A DNA stretch of 64,000 bases from Utricularia gibba (lineage: Eukaryota; Plantae; Magnoliophyta): contig NEEC01000025.1 in assembly GCA_002189035.1 (NCBI GenBank), positions 620,001 to 684,000 on the forward strand, written 5' to 3'. Position 1 is the first letter of the stretch. Each line of letters begins with the position of its first letter. Below, piece after piece: positions 1-13,984 of the stretch. A program made the position numbers and the translations under genes. The notes beneath the pieces are model-generated. The model was not told where the DNA came from. It saw only the letters and a list, made by a program, of their open reading frames with translations, and did no database searches.

Positions 1-1893
1 CTACGGCAGTTGAGCGTCATAAGATCCCTAAGGATGACTGTCTTGTCCTATTCGATTTCCATAAAACACACTCCATCTTCTCCAACTTTGCCTCTTCTTG
101 CCCGAAAGCTAGGTTTCCACCGTCCCTGCAACTCTCTTCTCGGGGTCCCAACCGTGAAAAGAGGGTCTTCCTTAACCCGGCCATTAAAAAAGAAAGATTG
201 GTTTTCAGCATACTTACGTATCGACAATCTTGTCGTTATTCAACGGTTAACCGTCATTTGTCCCTTAATCGCACTGCTAACTAATTCCTTCCCCGAACCT
301 CTCTGGTTCCACTTCCATGGCGTCTTCTCCCGGTGATTAAGAAACGATGACGGTCGCGCAAATTACAGGAGTCAACCATAGTCCACACTCCACATCCGAC
401 CCACATATCCATCGTTCATTCTCGCGGGCTTATCCTTGCTTGTGTCTCGTCTAGTCGGATGATTGGCTGATTATCCTTTTAAAACCAATCCCGGTTACAC
501 TTTCTTCAGGCATTGGGAAGCACGATAACGCGCTGCTCTGCTATCGCAGCTGGTAGATTTGTCCAAAGATCCGACAAGGTGTATTGCGTTGCGCCTTGGG
601 GTAATTACCGTTCGCACTTTTAGTGTTCTTACAGAAAAAAAAAGGACGCTGTTCGTTACATTTATGAATGGAGGAGCCGGAGGAGACATTAGAATAATCG
701 GAAAACAGGGTGGGCGGTCGAGTTGCTTTAATCAAATCTAAGAAAATGTTTGTAACAAATCTACAAAATGAGAGAGACGGCGACGGGGGCAGAAGCAGAA
801 CCCAGCCTTTTGCTCCGGCGAGGGTCCTACCTGCAATTATTTTCCTCTTGTAGGGTCCTTTTGGCAAATGAAAATTCCGTGTCTTGCTGCTTGTTTATGT
901 TTTCCTTCCCCCACTACCGTCAGCAAATTTGACCAACTTCCCTATCTTGCTGTTTTCCTCTTGAGAACCAATGCGGCTGATTGGGATCCCCATTCCAATT
1001 GAAGTGCATTGCCCACGAGTTTAAGTTTGGGCTTTGAGATCATTGAAGTGCTGCAGTGTGGATGACGAGTGAAAGAAAAAAAAAAGTATCCCTTTTTGGC
1101 ATTTTCAAACATTGTGTGAAGCATCCAGACAGAGTAAAAACTGCAATAGTAGCACTGAAAGAGCTCTACTCGAGTCCCATAATTGTGAGTCTATTCGTCC
1201 ATAATGCTGTGATGTGATGTTACAGAGCTTGTTATGGTTAACTTGTTCACAGGGAGGGGGCCACAATGCTCATTTTTCACATGTATCACTGTGAAGGGTG
1301 AAAGGAAGATATGGTATCAGCAGTGAAAAGTAAAAGAGCATTAGGAGAAACACAGTCAAATGGATTGGAAAACGACACCACTAGTCTTCGATGGAGAGTG
1401 AAGTAATTTTGCTGAAAGCCACGGTACTTTTGAAGCATGCTTTTTTTTTTTTTTCCTAACACAAAGAAACAATGCAGGCAAAAGAAGAAAATGGAAGTTT
1501 GTTTAAATCAGATTGGAAGTGGGTTCCATATCCTGCCATGCCGTTGCAATTATGCTGTTTCTTCACAAAACACTTGGGATTTTGTCTTATGGGATCAAGA
1601 AATCTTTCACTGTTGTTTACTGACAGAGGCTGGTTTTTGCTTATTGCTTATAGATATTGTGTTGTGTCTTGTGATTGCGTATCTTGGCTCACTGTGTCAC
1701 AGTTCTGTGTCTGGTGTTGAGGGATTTGCAGACTGTTGAACAAAGTGTCCTAATTTGATACCAGGATTAACGTTTTTCACGATTTCTTATTGTGTCTGGT
1801 AGGCATCAAACAGATAACAGAAGAACAGTAACTTGTAAGGTGATGATTCAAGTGCAGAGCCATAATCAACAGAAACGAATCAAAGAGCATTGA

Positions 1894-3240
1894 TTATAAC
1901 GCGTTCAAGATCTGGAAAATTGTAGCAATAGAAACAAGCAAACTGTTCGAAAGAGATACTGAAGCTTGAGCACTCTTTAACGGGGTGAGCATGGAGCTAG
2001 AATTGTTACTCCCACAAACACCGAGACCAGCATCAGCTCCATTGCTTGAAGTCAAACAGAGCCCCCGATTGCCACTGAGATCCAGATTTCTTCCGATCCT
2101 CTTCATGAAAGTAAAGTTGAAAGGAACAACTCCAGACAGAAAGTTTCTGCTCAAATTTAGATGATAAATATGTGCAAGATTTGCCAAACCTGCTGGGATT
2201 TGGCCTGATAATCTGTTGTTTTGTAGCGAGAGAGTGGTTAAATTTGCCAGCTCTGAAAATAATGATGGGATTGAGCCAGAGTATCCAGAATCTGATAGCC
2301 TGAGTTCTTGCAGTTGTCCCAGTTGCCCAAATTCATCAGGGAGGGGAGCAAAAACCGGGTTGCTGTCCATGAGAAAATATTGTAGCTTCTGCAAACCAGG
2401 CAGGACCTTGGAGTAATCACCGGAAAATTTATTGTTGCTCAAGGCTAAGAAAAGCAGGGACTGAAGCTGGTTGAAGGTTCCCGGAATGGTTCCATTCAGA
2501 AAATTTGAACTCAAATCAAGCTTCTGAAGAGTAGCAAGGTTACCGACTGAAGAAGGAATCAGACCAATGAGTTTGTTGTAGCTTAAATCAAGCTCAATGA
2601 GGTTTACAAGATTTCCCGCATTCCCAGGAATTTCACCGGTGAGCATGTTGTAGCTCAAGTCGAGGTGTTCAAGAGTTGTAATGGTGAAAACCCGAGCTGG
2701 AATTTGGCCCGTCAGCCTGTTTTGCGACAATGTAAGAATCTGAAGGGATTTCAGGGAGGAAACTAGAGGTGGAATAGAGCCCACAAGAGCAGAATTCGAT
2801 CTCAAACTGAGCTGCTGTAATGGAGAACTGAAATTCCCGTTCTTGGGAAACAATATCTCGGTTGGTTTCTGAGTGAAACACCGGAAAAAGAAAATAGATT
2901 GGAGGTGTGGAAGAGCGAAGATTTCAACAGGGAACTTTGCGGTACTCTTGCATGAAGGATTGGGAAAGGTTCCAAAATCAAGCCTCGCAACATGAAAATA
3001 GCCATCACTTGCAGTAAATTTGCACTCAATCCCAGGCCAAGATGAGCCAGATTGGCAGGGATTTGGGTAGGAAATTCTCCAGGCCTCATCTCCAGAAACA
3101 GTCTCCATGATCTTGAACACAGTTTCAATCTCATCAGGTTCCATGGAAACGGGGGCATCCTTACCCTCAAAAACAGGGAAGAAGAAGCAGAAACAGATCA
3201 GCATTATTAGTTGAAGGAACAATGAAACTGCAAAGAACAT
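1894..3240 (-). CDS. Intronless LRR receptor-like protein, PII-2/RLP29-like, probably GPI-anchored (448 aa)
   Basis: ATG at 3240; hydrophobic signal peptide, LRRNT (PNPCQSGSSWPGIEC), about 10 plant LRRs (LxxLxLSxNxLxGxIP), hydrophobic C-terminal tail, no kinase domain. Confidence 0.9.
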   Translation of the reverse strand: MFFAVSLFLQLIMLICFCFFFPVFEGKDAPVSMEPDEIETVFKIMETVSGDEAWRISYPNPCQSGSSWPGIECKFTASDGYFHVARLDFGTFPNPSCKSTAKFPVEIFALPHLQSIFFFRCFTQKPTEILFPKNGNFSSPLQQLSLRSNSALVGSIPPLVSSLKSLQILTLSQNRLTGQIPARVFTITTLEHLDLSYNMLTGEIPGNAGNLVNLIELDLSYNKLIGLIPSSVGNLATLQKLDLSSNFLNGTIPGTFNQLQSLLFLALSNNKFSGDYSKVLPGLQKLQYFLMDSNPVFAPLPDEFGQLGQLQELRLSDSGYSGSIPSLFSELANLTTLSLQNNRLSGQIPAGLANLAHIYHLNLSRNFLSGVVPFNFTFMKRIGRNLDLSGNRGLCLTSSNGADAGLGVCGSNNSSSMLTPLKSAQASVSLSNSLLVSIATIFQILNAL

Positions 3241-3762
3241 GTCTGCAAAATTCTTGAACACGAAAGGCAAGGGAGATTTCTGCTGATAGACTGGTCTAAG
3301 ACAGTCCCTCCATATCTAAATGGGTGGAAGAAGATGATCAGGTTTAAATCAATGCACGCAAAGACAAAGAAAACAGCAAGCAATAAACCTGTGCTGTGCG
3401 TGTGCAGCAACATGGATGTGGGGCCACCAAATTCAACGACCATTTATTTTCCTTTCTCTTCGAGTAAAAACAAACGTAGAACCTTCAACTCAAGGCTCCT
3501 CAGTAGTCATATATGTACAGTATACACTTCATTTTCGCTCTGCTCCTTTATCTTTTACCTTGTAGAGTAGACGACAGAAACTAAAACGGCTCATTCATTT
3601 GCTCAGAAAATTCCGGGGTGAAAATGGTGTAAGAGTAATAACTCAAAAACTGTAGACAAATTGGTTGGTTGCATACATACAACTATCGTTGAGGGCACGT
3701 GTACAGATTTCCACGGGGAGAAAAGGTTTGATGAATGAGGCACGGGGAATGAGAAAAAGGGC

Positions 3763-6700
3763 TCATGAAAAAAGTCTTAAAAAGTTGCTGGCGTATGCCA
3801 TTGGCTTCACATCGGGGTGAGGCTGCAAATAAACAAAAAAAGGTTGATTTAAGTATATGACGTTTTTAAGAAAAAAAGAAAGAAAGAACCACTCATGTTG
3901 TTTGGTGTGAACACCGAGGAATGGAGGGACTGACCACTGCTGAAAAAGTGACGATGCTCGGTGACATTTCTGGTGCTGTGAACCGTATAAATGCGCCCTT
4001 ATTTCCCATCTGAAGAAAGCATAAAAGAATATTGATGCGAAAAAACCATTCATCACACGAGCCATGCTCTGAGTTATGATGGTATCACAGTTTATCTCGA
4101 GATGCGCGGAGAATGCAAACATGCTTTGACGTTTTTGTGTGATTCATTAAAGAGAAGAGCAGTTTTAGGAATAGAAGCCGATATTTCTTTATTCAAGTCC
4201 ATCACAGTGATATAATATGTTTCAAGGATAACAATTACCTGATCACAGTAGTTTGGAGCAGAAAATACCGTGATAAGTTTACCATCATGCTCAATTTCAT
4301 AGCCTTCATCCTTGACTTCATGTGACCTCACTACTAAATCTGAAAAAAGTAGACACGTTACAAAAATGAAATGATATAGCTGATTGCGAGGTTGCTCTAT
4401 GCACTGGTGAGGTAATAAACCTAGGTTGTTGTCTTGCAAAAATCTTTTAGTTACATCTCCACCAAACGAAAGACCAACACCACGCTTGCTGGGACCCCGC
4501 CCGGGCTGAGGCTGAGGATCACTCCACAGCAACTCGCACATTAGTCCTGCAGATCAAATGTAGCAACATGAATAAATCCATGGAGTAAAAAGATGAGCTC
4601 TGACAAATGAAATCCAAATAAGCGGTTGTGATCCTGCACTTGGAGCTTACCCTCCTCCGGTGGTTCACAAAAACGATCAATTGCTCTTATATCGGAGAGT
4701 TTGACACCATCAACACTGAAAAGCCCTCCATGGACCACAAAGACTCTTTCATTTATGACATGAGCAAGCGGTAGGCAACAGAAAACTTCAGCAAACAGTT
4801 CTATGAATGCTTCACTCAATTTGGACTTGACCTCGCCCTCAAAACCATATATCTTATTCATGCTCTTACTTTCATGGTTCCCACGAGCAAGGTATATTGC
4901 TGGAAATTAAATGTATTAGATCCAGTGCTTGCCATCCGAAACGTCAAAAAAATCTCCAAAACACATCAACAAATTTAAGAGATCATGAAATATTTTTCGA
5001 TTTCCAAAAGTATGATACAGAAATACATTACTCCAAAAGAAGCACCGGTCACCTGATGGGGACATGCATTTGAAGGCAAATAATGTTAGTATAACCTCTA
5101 CAGAAAAAGACCCTCTATCTACAAAGTCTCCATTGAATAGATAAGGATTATCTTCTGATGGAAGCCCATTGAGCTCAAAAATGTTTATCAAATCATAGAA
5201 CTGCAACATGAAAAAGATTAATCAGCTCTGTGGTTGACACGTATATGCAAAAAGGCAGCCGAGATATCATGCTCTACACGTTACCTGACCATGTACATCA
5301 CCACACACAGTGAAATGCTTCCCATCACAAACATTAATATCAACAAGAGATGGCATTTCTCGCAGCAAGTCTCGTGTCTGGAGCACAATTTGATAGGCAT
5401 ATCTGAAAGCAAACAATTCATATTAAGTTTCACTTCAAAAATAACATAAGGAAACTGGGTGATTTTTATAAAACAAATCTTCGTAAGTACAAAGTACATA
5501 TTGCATGTGCCTACCTTTTGTGCAGGGTCTTCTGCTTTTTGAAGTCATCCATCATCTTCTTAATGAAATCCAATGTCACAATATCCCCCTCAATTCTCGC
5601 ACCAGAATACTGAGGTTCCACCTCTGGATTTGAAAGAGGACATGATCAAATGCTTGCTCATTTTAATATAAGAAATGTATAGAGTGGAATACTGGGGATA
5701 AATGAATAGCATTACTGCCAACCAATATAATACTTTCAAGAGTCATCACGCCACCTCCAAAATATTTTCCATAAAACACAGAGATGTCAGGCCACTAGTG
5801 CTTCATACTTAAAAGACTCACCTATAGCACATACTTTGACAACTGAAGTTACGAAGGTTGCGAAAACTTTCAACAGTCACTTTTTCTTAACACTTCGATT
5901 TGATCTTAAAGGATCTAACCTAAATCAAGCGTTCGACCCTCTGAAATGGCTTTGAAGCTACCCTGCCAAAATTTTCCCAAGAAGAGCAAGACAATCATCA
6001 CAACTGTTGCTGCCACAGCTATGTGAGTTTTAGCTACCATAAATACAGCCAGCAGAGCAACTCCCGCTGCCACAAAATTAGCTTTCAGGGGAACAAATGA
6101 TGACCCTGCGCTAGTTCCTATAACGATAAAATAGTTAACATTCTAGTAAGTGTGAGTCCAGCACCTTACATATTGTTAGCATGTAGTTATGCTGCGAGCA
6201 TTTATCCAAGGGTTTCATTTCTAATAGCTATTCTTATGATCTGTACTTGAATTCAAAAATGGTTTAATCAGCTTAAGAATCTAGATGAAAAATAATAATG
6301 GATTAAACCTCCCTTTCCCACAAACTCCACACAAAGCAAGAAAGGACATTAAGAAACACTAATATCTACAATGGGAAAGCAACATAGTCTATCCTCAATA
6401 AACTGACGGGATAGATCCAGCAGATTGGCACAAGATCTTTGTGCAGGCTCTTAGTGATGTCAGGGATGAACGTATCAAGCTACTTTTAAAAAATAACATG
6501 AATTAAAAATCTCAATCGGAATATGCCCCACCTATGGCGTGATAATCTACAGAGTTGGCTATAGAGTGCCTCTCTGAGCCAGGTACCGAAATGGCTTCTT
6601 CAAATTTAAATTTCATCACCGCCTTTTGGCATTCCCTCAGTTTCTTGATGGCATCAGGATCACTAGGACACAATTTATTTACCTAATATCATGAAGGTCG

Positions 6701-7450
6701 ACAAAAAAAATTAGCATACAAAATATATTTTCATTCACAATAGTGCATTATCTGCCCAAGGATGATAAGAACTGCTATTTTTCTTCATTCATCCTATGAC
6801 TGTATTGCATGTGCAAGATTTATGTTATGATTACGGACAACTGCCTACAATTGAGAGAGCATCCTCAGTGAAGAAAAAGGTTAAATCTTGCAAATAGTTA
6901 AAAAAAGAACTTATGACCCACTTGCTGAAAATCCTTGAGGGCTTCCTTAAATTTTCCCATTGCCAAATAAGCCGCACCCCTCCTATAATAACCCTGCAGG
7001 TGAACACAAAATCAAGCAAACTCAACTTCCTGATTACGTAAACCGATAAAAGCATCCAAAAAGCATGTCTTTCTTATTCCACAAAATCAAAGCACTGACC
7101 TTTGAATAGTTCTGGTCGATTTCAATAGCTCTTGTACTGTCCTGTATTGCACTTCCATAGGCTTCCAACTTAGAGTGGGCAAAAGCGCGGTTAGCCCAAT
7201 AAACCGCATTATCCCCATTCAACGCAATCGCTTGTGAATACAAATCAACAGCCTGAGAAAACCTACACGCTGGACAGCCAGCACAAACACGTCAAAAGGA
7301 TGTGTCAGAGTAGCCGAGGGTAAAAAATATATATATATGTCCCAGCCCATGGGACAATCATTCACCAAATCCGGTACCTTTGAAAGCTTCATTAGCAAGG
7401 AGCTTCAGTTCTTCAGCCTGTGATGTGCTTGCCGATCTCTCCACCTCCAT
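3763..7450 (-). CDS. PP5: Serine/threonine protein phosphatase 5 (TPR + PPP catalytic domain), 13 exons including the optional TM exon
   Basis: Exons traced with GT-AG sites: TPR ([13 protein letters not shown]...YWANRAFAH), GDVHG, GDFVDRG, RGNHE, SAPNY, C-terminus [19 protein letters not shown]. Confidence 0.97.
5920..6117 (-). other. PP5: Frame-preserving alternative exon of PP5 encoding two hydrophobic segments
   Basis: 198 nt, tag|GA acceptor and G|gttag donor, phase 1 at both ends; translates [66 protein letters not shown]. Confidence 0.85.
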
Positions 7451-8056
7451 GTTCAGGGGCACGCTATAATTACTTGTGATGCAAAAACCGTGCCTTGTGA
7501 TATCTGCGATCCCAGAACTTCCCAGATTTATGGAACGACAAGGGGAAAGATGAAGGGAGAAATCCTTGCCGTGGCAGATTCAGCTATAACGGTTTCCCCC
7601 AAAACACACCATCAACAGCAAAGAACAAGCCCTAGCTTTGTCGTAATTGAAAATTGGGATGTCATTTTTGTGTATTACGAATAATGTTGACTAATGATTT
7701 GGTAGAAGGAAGGAATGCATCATGCGTCAACCTAGACCGGAGAAAATATCTTTCATCGATCAACAACTGGGGGAAAATATCTGTGTCGTCGGCCTGGGTT
7801 TCGGATGAGAACAAAGTGGGCGCCCTTTCAGAAAAAGAAAAGATCAGGGGTCGGGTGCAATATATCAAAATGGAATGAATATATTTGCTGGGATTCCTTC
7901 CACTGGTATTAACTATTAATGGATGCCCGGGGCGGTAAACGGCATTCGTGTTTTTATTATGTATGATTGTTCTCTTTCCTTCTTTTGTGTGTGGGTGTGT
8001 GTGTGAATGCTCTCCTCCTAGTCGTGGATTTCGCTTCATCTGATCGTCATCGCTGA

Positions 8057-10723
8057 ATGGAGTCGAATTCGCAACGCCGTTTCACATTGGGACGGCAGTC
8101 CGCCGGAGCTTCAGAGAAGGACGTTGCTCCGTCGGACTCCGATGAGGTGAATGGCCTGGATGAGGCTATGGACTCGGGAATTCGATTAATGTACTTGGCG
8201 AGTGAGGGCGATCTGGAAGGGATGCGGGAGTTGATGGAATCCGGCGCCGCCGTCAATTTCTGTGATGTCGACGGCCGCACGGCTTTGCACGTTGCCGCGT
8301 GTCAGGGACGCAGTGATGTTGTCGACTTGTTGCTCCGGCATGGCGCTGAGGTGGATGTAAAGGATCGGTGGCAAAGCACGGTATGATATCTTCTCACATG
8401 TGATTCTAGTTGATAATCTTGACATCTTAGTCTGGACCCTTGTTGGTTGATGTCTCTTTGTTCTAAATTTTTATCTTTGCTGCTGTTTGGAGCTATCCGG
8501 CGTCTGACCTTACTTGAACAGCCTCTTGCAGATGCGATATACTATAAAAACAATGACGTCATTCAGCTGTTGGAAGGACATGGTGCAAAACTTCCAGTAC
8601 GTTTTTGCGTTTTTCTATTTTTCTTTTGATGGGATGCTCCGTTTCGTTGTCATTTTTTCTATCTATGATCGCATTTTGACGGGGAAGAAGATGAGTGACT
8701 CTACACAAAAGTTTCTTCTGACAATCACATATTTTTGGATGATTGTTTGATAGATTGCACCCATGCTTGTCCAAAACGTCGTCGAAGTTCCTGAGTATGA
8801 AATCAATCCCAGAGAGCTAGATTTCACCAACAGTGTAGAAATAACTAAGGTAGCAGTTATCATGATCGGTGGTTACGCGGATCCTTTTGAAGTTTGTATA
8901 TGTGCACTCGCTTAAATAGCCTTCCCTTTTTGTCTTTTCAATCTCCTTCAGGGGACATTTTGCATTGCCTCATGGCGCGGGATCCAGGTTGCTGTTAAGA
9001 AACTTGGTGATGAATTTTTGATAGACGAAGATAAAGTGTGGGTTTTCTACGTTTAGTACACATGTTTTATTCTATTGTGCGCTGCATCCTTAGGTGCCCG
9101 TGGTCACTTGTTTTTTTTTTTTTTTTGGTTCCTTGTGATTCTCTACGTTCAGGAAGGCATTCAGAGACGAGCTTGCGTTACTTCAGAAGATGCGTCATCC
9201 AAATGTTGTTCAATTTCTTGGTGCAGTGACGCAAAGTATTCCAATGATGATTGTGACAGAATATTTACCAAAGGTTTCTAATTCCTTTTCAGTAAACTTC
9301 TGATACAAATTGTAGATACCATCTTGGTATATGGTTTCTTGATCCTCCTCAGGGAGACTTAGGTGCATACCTCAAAAGAAAGCGTTCTTTAAAAATGAGG
9401 ACTGTTATCAAGTTTGCCCTGGATATTGCAAGGTCGGATACTAGGCAGTAGGCAAAGCTTTCTAAGCTTGGGAATGTGTACCAAAAATTCTACCCCTTCT
9501 ATTGTGGTGACAATTGCTTCTTCAACACCTCATACCTTCATCTTAGTAAATTCTGAATGCAGGGGAATGAACTACCTACATGAACATAAGCCTGAAACAA
9601 TCATTCACAGGGATCTTGAACCTTCGTACGGACTTCGCTTTTCCCTCTTTTCAACTAGTTTTGATCTCACTGAGTTATTCCGATAATGCTTTCTTTGTGA
9701 ATGATGGAATGTATCGCGAGGAAAAGCTTTAGCTGATTTGATAGAATGTGTTTCATAACAGAAACATACTGATGGATGATTCCGGCCATCTCAAAGTTGC
9801 AGATTTTGGGGTAAGCAAATTGTTACAAGTGAAAAAAACTGCAAAAGAGGAAAAACCAATCATTCAACAGCAGATTTCCTGTAAGTGTGCTTGGTATTTA
9901 GTATTTAACACTATCCAGTTCGTCTTTGGTCTCTTTTTTTAACGATGCCATGCAGCATTCTTCTATAATAAACACTTGTATTCATCTATTTAAAATTAGG
10001 GCGGTATGTGGCTCCCGAAGTTTTCAGAAATGAGGAATATGATACCAAAGTGGATGTGTTCTCCTTCGCTCTGATACTGCAGGAGGTCTGTGTTTTACTA
10101 CCTTATTTACCATTTCCTCGGAATTAGAGACTTCTGCATGCTCACATGCGGAATGCCAATGGCGGGCATTGCACTACTTTCAACGTACTACTTTTGTTCT
10201 TTCGTCCACAGATGATCGAAGGTCGTCCACCATTTCCCATGAAGACAGAAGTTGAAGTTGCCAAAGCGTATATTGCCAATGTGCGGCCTCCTTTTTTAGC
10301 TCCCCTGAAGCGCTACTCTTACGGACTTCGACAGTAAGCTGTTACATGCCAAAGTCCCAGTACCCAACTGAATTCATATATTCAGGTGTTGTCATATTCT
10401 TATATACTAAGGGGGTGATGGCTTCTAAACAGGCTAATACAGGATTGCTGGAGCGAGGAACCAGCTGAGAGACCACCGTTTCTCCGAATAATACCGAGGT
10501 TGGATGACATCAACCAGCATCTGACCCAGAAGATTCGTTGGAAGGTGATAGATAAGCTCTCAGAGATATCTGGTCATGCTTTAGATCAATCAATCCACCC
10601 TGATTTGGAAAATATTGTCCCTTACAGGCAAAAGCTCTCAGGTGTCTCCAGGGGTTTGAGTCCATCTTGAAGTTGGATCAATCAGTTTCAAAGAGCGATT
10701 CCTGTCCCTCGAGTCTTAGATAG
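8057..10723 (+). CDS. ILK: Integrin-linked kinase (ankyrin repeats + Raf-like kinase), 12 exons
   Basis: Ankyrin repeats (DVDGRTALHVAACQG), VAVK, HRDLEPSN, VADFG, YVAPE; all exons join in frame to TAG at 10721-10723. Confidence 0.95.
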
Positions 10724-11613
10724 TAGTAGTCAGGGATCCATTTACCAACTGAAAGCTGTAAACTTGTGTTGATGCAATGTGTAGAATATCGTATGTGCTC
10801 TGCTTGCTGTACTTGGCATGTTAGTCAGTGCCGCCCATTAAGATGTTAAAAGCAGTCTGCCTTGTTCTATGGACGACACCAGTAAGCGAATTTCTTACCA
10901 GAAACCGATCCTTGGTCCTGGGGTGATTTTATTTCAACATCCCAAAATTTTATTTAATAGTCGTAATATGCAGAATGCGAGCACCTATCTACGACTCAAT
11001 TCAAGCATCAGATATGCCAGTTGCATGCTTAGTCCAACGTCTGTGATGGAGTCAATTTCCCAGAAGACTGAGTGCAAGTTCACCCAGGCCACAATGGCTA
11101 GTCACTTTTACATGAGCTTCTCATCATCTCCCACCTTCATCCCATGCATGAGAAAGAGTGAACTTTGAATACTCACAATCCACATCCCTCATTCCAATTG
11201 CATTCCATAAAGATATTCACATTGGTTTTTCGGTGGAGAGTTGAAAATGTCTCCTGATGAGCATAAACACACCTCCTCAGTTCGATTTCCTGCATTCTCA
11301 TCTTATTGCTGCTGTATTCGTGCCTTGGAAGTAAATGGTTTCTGATAGGGGAGACAAGTATTACAGAACTCTCCCACTACAGGCCTTTGGAATTGTGTTT
11401 GATCTTCTTTGCCCCAATATGTAGCAACTAGGCTGCGTTTTCATCTCGTATTTCAATATGGTATCTGAGATACATGACCATAGTGCATGGTTTCCAATGG
11501 GAAAAATACACTTGGGCAACGATATGATTCAGCAACTGCCACAGGAGCAGGAATGGAAGCAGAAGCTTCTTTCTCTGTCCGGACAGGGTTCACATAATTG
11601 CTTGTATTCTTAT

Positions 11614-13984
11614 CTACAGGGAGCTAGACACTGCACATCTCCTGATATGCTCGTTTGAAAAATTTACATGCTTATACCACAAACTCTGTACCTCAGCAGG
11701 AGCCATCTCTAGCCATGGCTTTGCAGGGCCACTGAAGTGCAAAACGGCTGCAGCTTCAATCTTATATTTGTCTAGGCCTGAATGCGGCTCTCCCAATTTA
11801 GATAATTGCCATGAAGATTCGATATGGTGCACTTGATTCCCAAATGCAAGCAATGCAGGTGGAAGTACTCCAGGAAAATGCCACATCACGAAACCAGCAT
11901 TGCGGTTCTGCAGTTCATGGTGCCAAAAACATGATTTTTGTTAGTCGTTCCTCACTTCCTTTGTAAGTAAACTTGGGAGTAAAATCAAAGAAAGAATTAC
12001 CCGTTCCAGCCAGTGATGATAGGAAGCAGTGATGTTGGTCTGCCTCCATCTCTCAAGGTCCACCACATTCACTCCAAAGAGCCATCCGCAGCCATCAGGA
12101 TCCACACTGGAGGACATAACCGAATCTGTAAAATTGAAGTACTCTGAGTACTTGCGACAGGAACAACACTCGGGTTGGCCGTTAGAATCAACAACAGCGC
12201 CCATAACTTTGTGATCGAGGTTCAAGTCCCAGAGAGACGACAGATCATGTTGTACAATCACATCATCATCCAAAAGCACCACCTTGCTCAAGTCCTGAAA
12301 AAGCTGATGAATCTAAAAGTATGAGGTCACATTTCACTCCTAGTTGGCTTATAAGTATCCGTGAATCACCTGAGGGAGATACATTCGGATGCTGTTTAAG
12401 TGTGAGCCGCAGCTGGGACTAAGAACACTCAAGTCCTCCCTCTCCAGAGCCTGGTACTTGGCTCTGCATATCTGATGGTGTATTTCCAGCGTCTGCTTCA
12501 TTGACATTGTCGTCTCACGAGGCCAATCATACTGATGCAGCCCCCTGACTTCGACAACAACATCTCCGATTGCGAACGCGTTCATCGCAAACCATGCATG
12601 CATTGACGCATATGTTATCTTATCAGTGACAACGTGGAAAACTAGCTTTTCGGGATCGGTGGAAGCACCCACAACAGTGGAAACAACTACTGAAGCAGCG
12701 AGGACATTGTCAGTCAAGAGAACCAAATGGTGAAAAGAAGGGTCGGTTAATCGATGAATATATTGAGGGAGAATCAAATTGGAGCGTGCTTCCGCGTTCG
12801 CTGAATATTCATCGGTCAGCTTCAAGGTCAGACAGTGAAGACTCTTGGGAACACCACGAGCAGCTAGATACCAGTTCAAAGATTCTCTCAACCTGGCCTT
12901 CTTCACCATGCGCTCCATCCTGGCGATCTGTAGAAGAAGCAGAGAACCTCAAAATTCAAGCAAAACATCATCCTACGTATGCCACAGGAGACAATTACCA
13001 GGGCCTTGGCCATGAAGGCAAAGTACTTCATGTCTTGTCCGTTTGACATCACATCATGGACAAGATCCTTGAAATTCTCCGCACCAGGATGCCAAGTGCC
13101 CGTTTTTTCAACTCCACTCCAATCAACATCACCTTCTTTTCCATTAATAGCCTCCAACAAGGCCCTCGTTGTCTCCTCCCTAAGCTTTGTAGGCATGTAG
13201 AAGATAAGACTTTGCAAAAAAAGCAAGCAGAAAGAAGTGAAGAAAAGCCAGATGCAGACAAATGATTAGGTAGCCCCATTCAACACCGGTCACTATCTTG
13301 CAATAGAGCTACTTGGTAGACCCACCGTTTTTCTCACCGTGTGCTGTAGCCGGTATTTCCTCTCTTAAAATAAGCCTAGCAACACTACACCTGATCAGCA
13401 TGTAATCAACACTGTAGCATGTATGATACAAAGGTGGAGTTCTGTCTGGAAACTTGCAAATAACGATGGATTTCTATACAAAAGTTGACGCTGCGGGTCT
13501 TTTTCTAGTTGATGGACCACGGCCAAGTAGCAGCATACTGCCAAGAGACATGGCCATTAACCAGGACCGGCTAAAGATAACACAAGCCGGGTACCGACAA
13601 TCACGAGGCCATCATGAAGAGACGATGTTTCGTTGCTACTTTATCTCTAAAACCACCTTCCAAGTATCAAAGGGAAACTCCTCCAAGTATTGATGTATTG
13701 ATGATATTGTTTCGGGTTATGCTAGAAATGAAAAAGCAACTTACAATGGCAGAATCGCTCCCGCCAAAGATCCTGTGTGGTAAGCAGCCTGGGCCAGCGT
13801 ACGCACCAGTTTAATCTTTATGAGAAGACGAGATAGAGTTGTTGAAGAAAGGAAACTGACTTATTGGAGACGAGCAACGATCAGATGAATCAAAAACCAA
13901 AAACGCAGCGCGAAGGAAAGCGATGGGCAGGATTAAACCGACCAGCAACCTCAGCCCCCGACGGCGGAGCCTCCTCCCCGTCAT
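11614..13984 (-). CDS. GAUT15: Galacturonosyltransferase, GT8 family, GAUT15-like
   Basis: N-terminal TM anchor, VPKSLHCL, LTDNVLAASVVV, LLDDDVIVQHDL (DxD), HFSGPAKPW; 6 exons in frame. Confidence 0.9.

Noticed and set aside
1-1800. Short ORFs (10-336, 541-867, 1437-1739 and others) as genes
   Set aside because: No recognisable motif, start context or exon chain; probably UTR or intergenic, or part of a gene outside the window. Left unassigned.
9590-9625. HRDLEPSN as a sign of a dead kinase
   Set aside because: This variant is normal for the plant ILK family.
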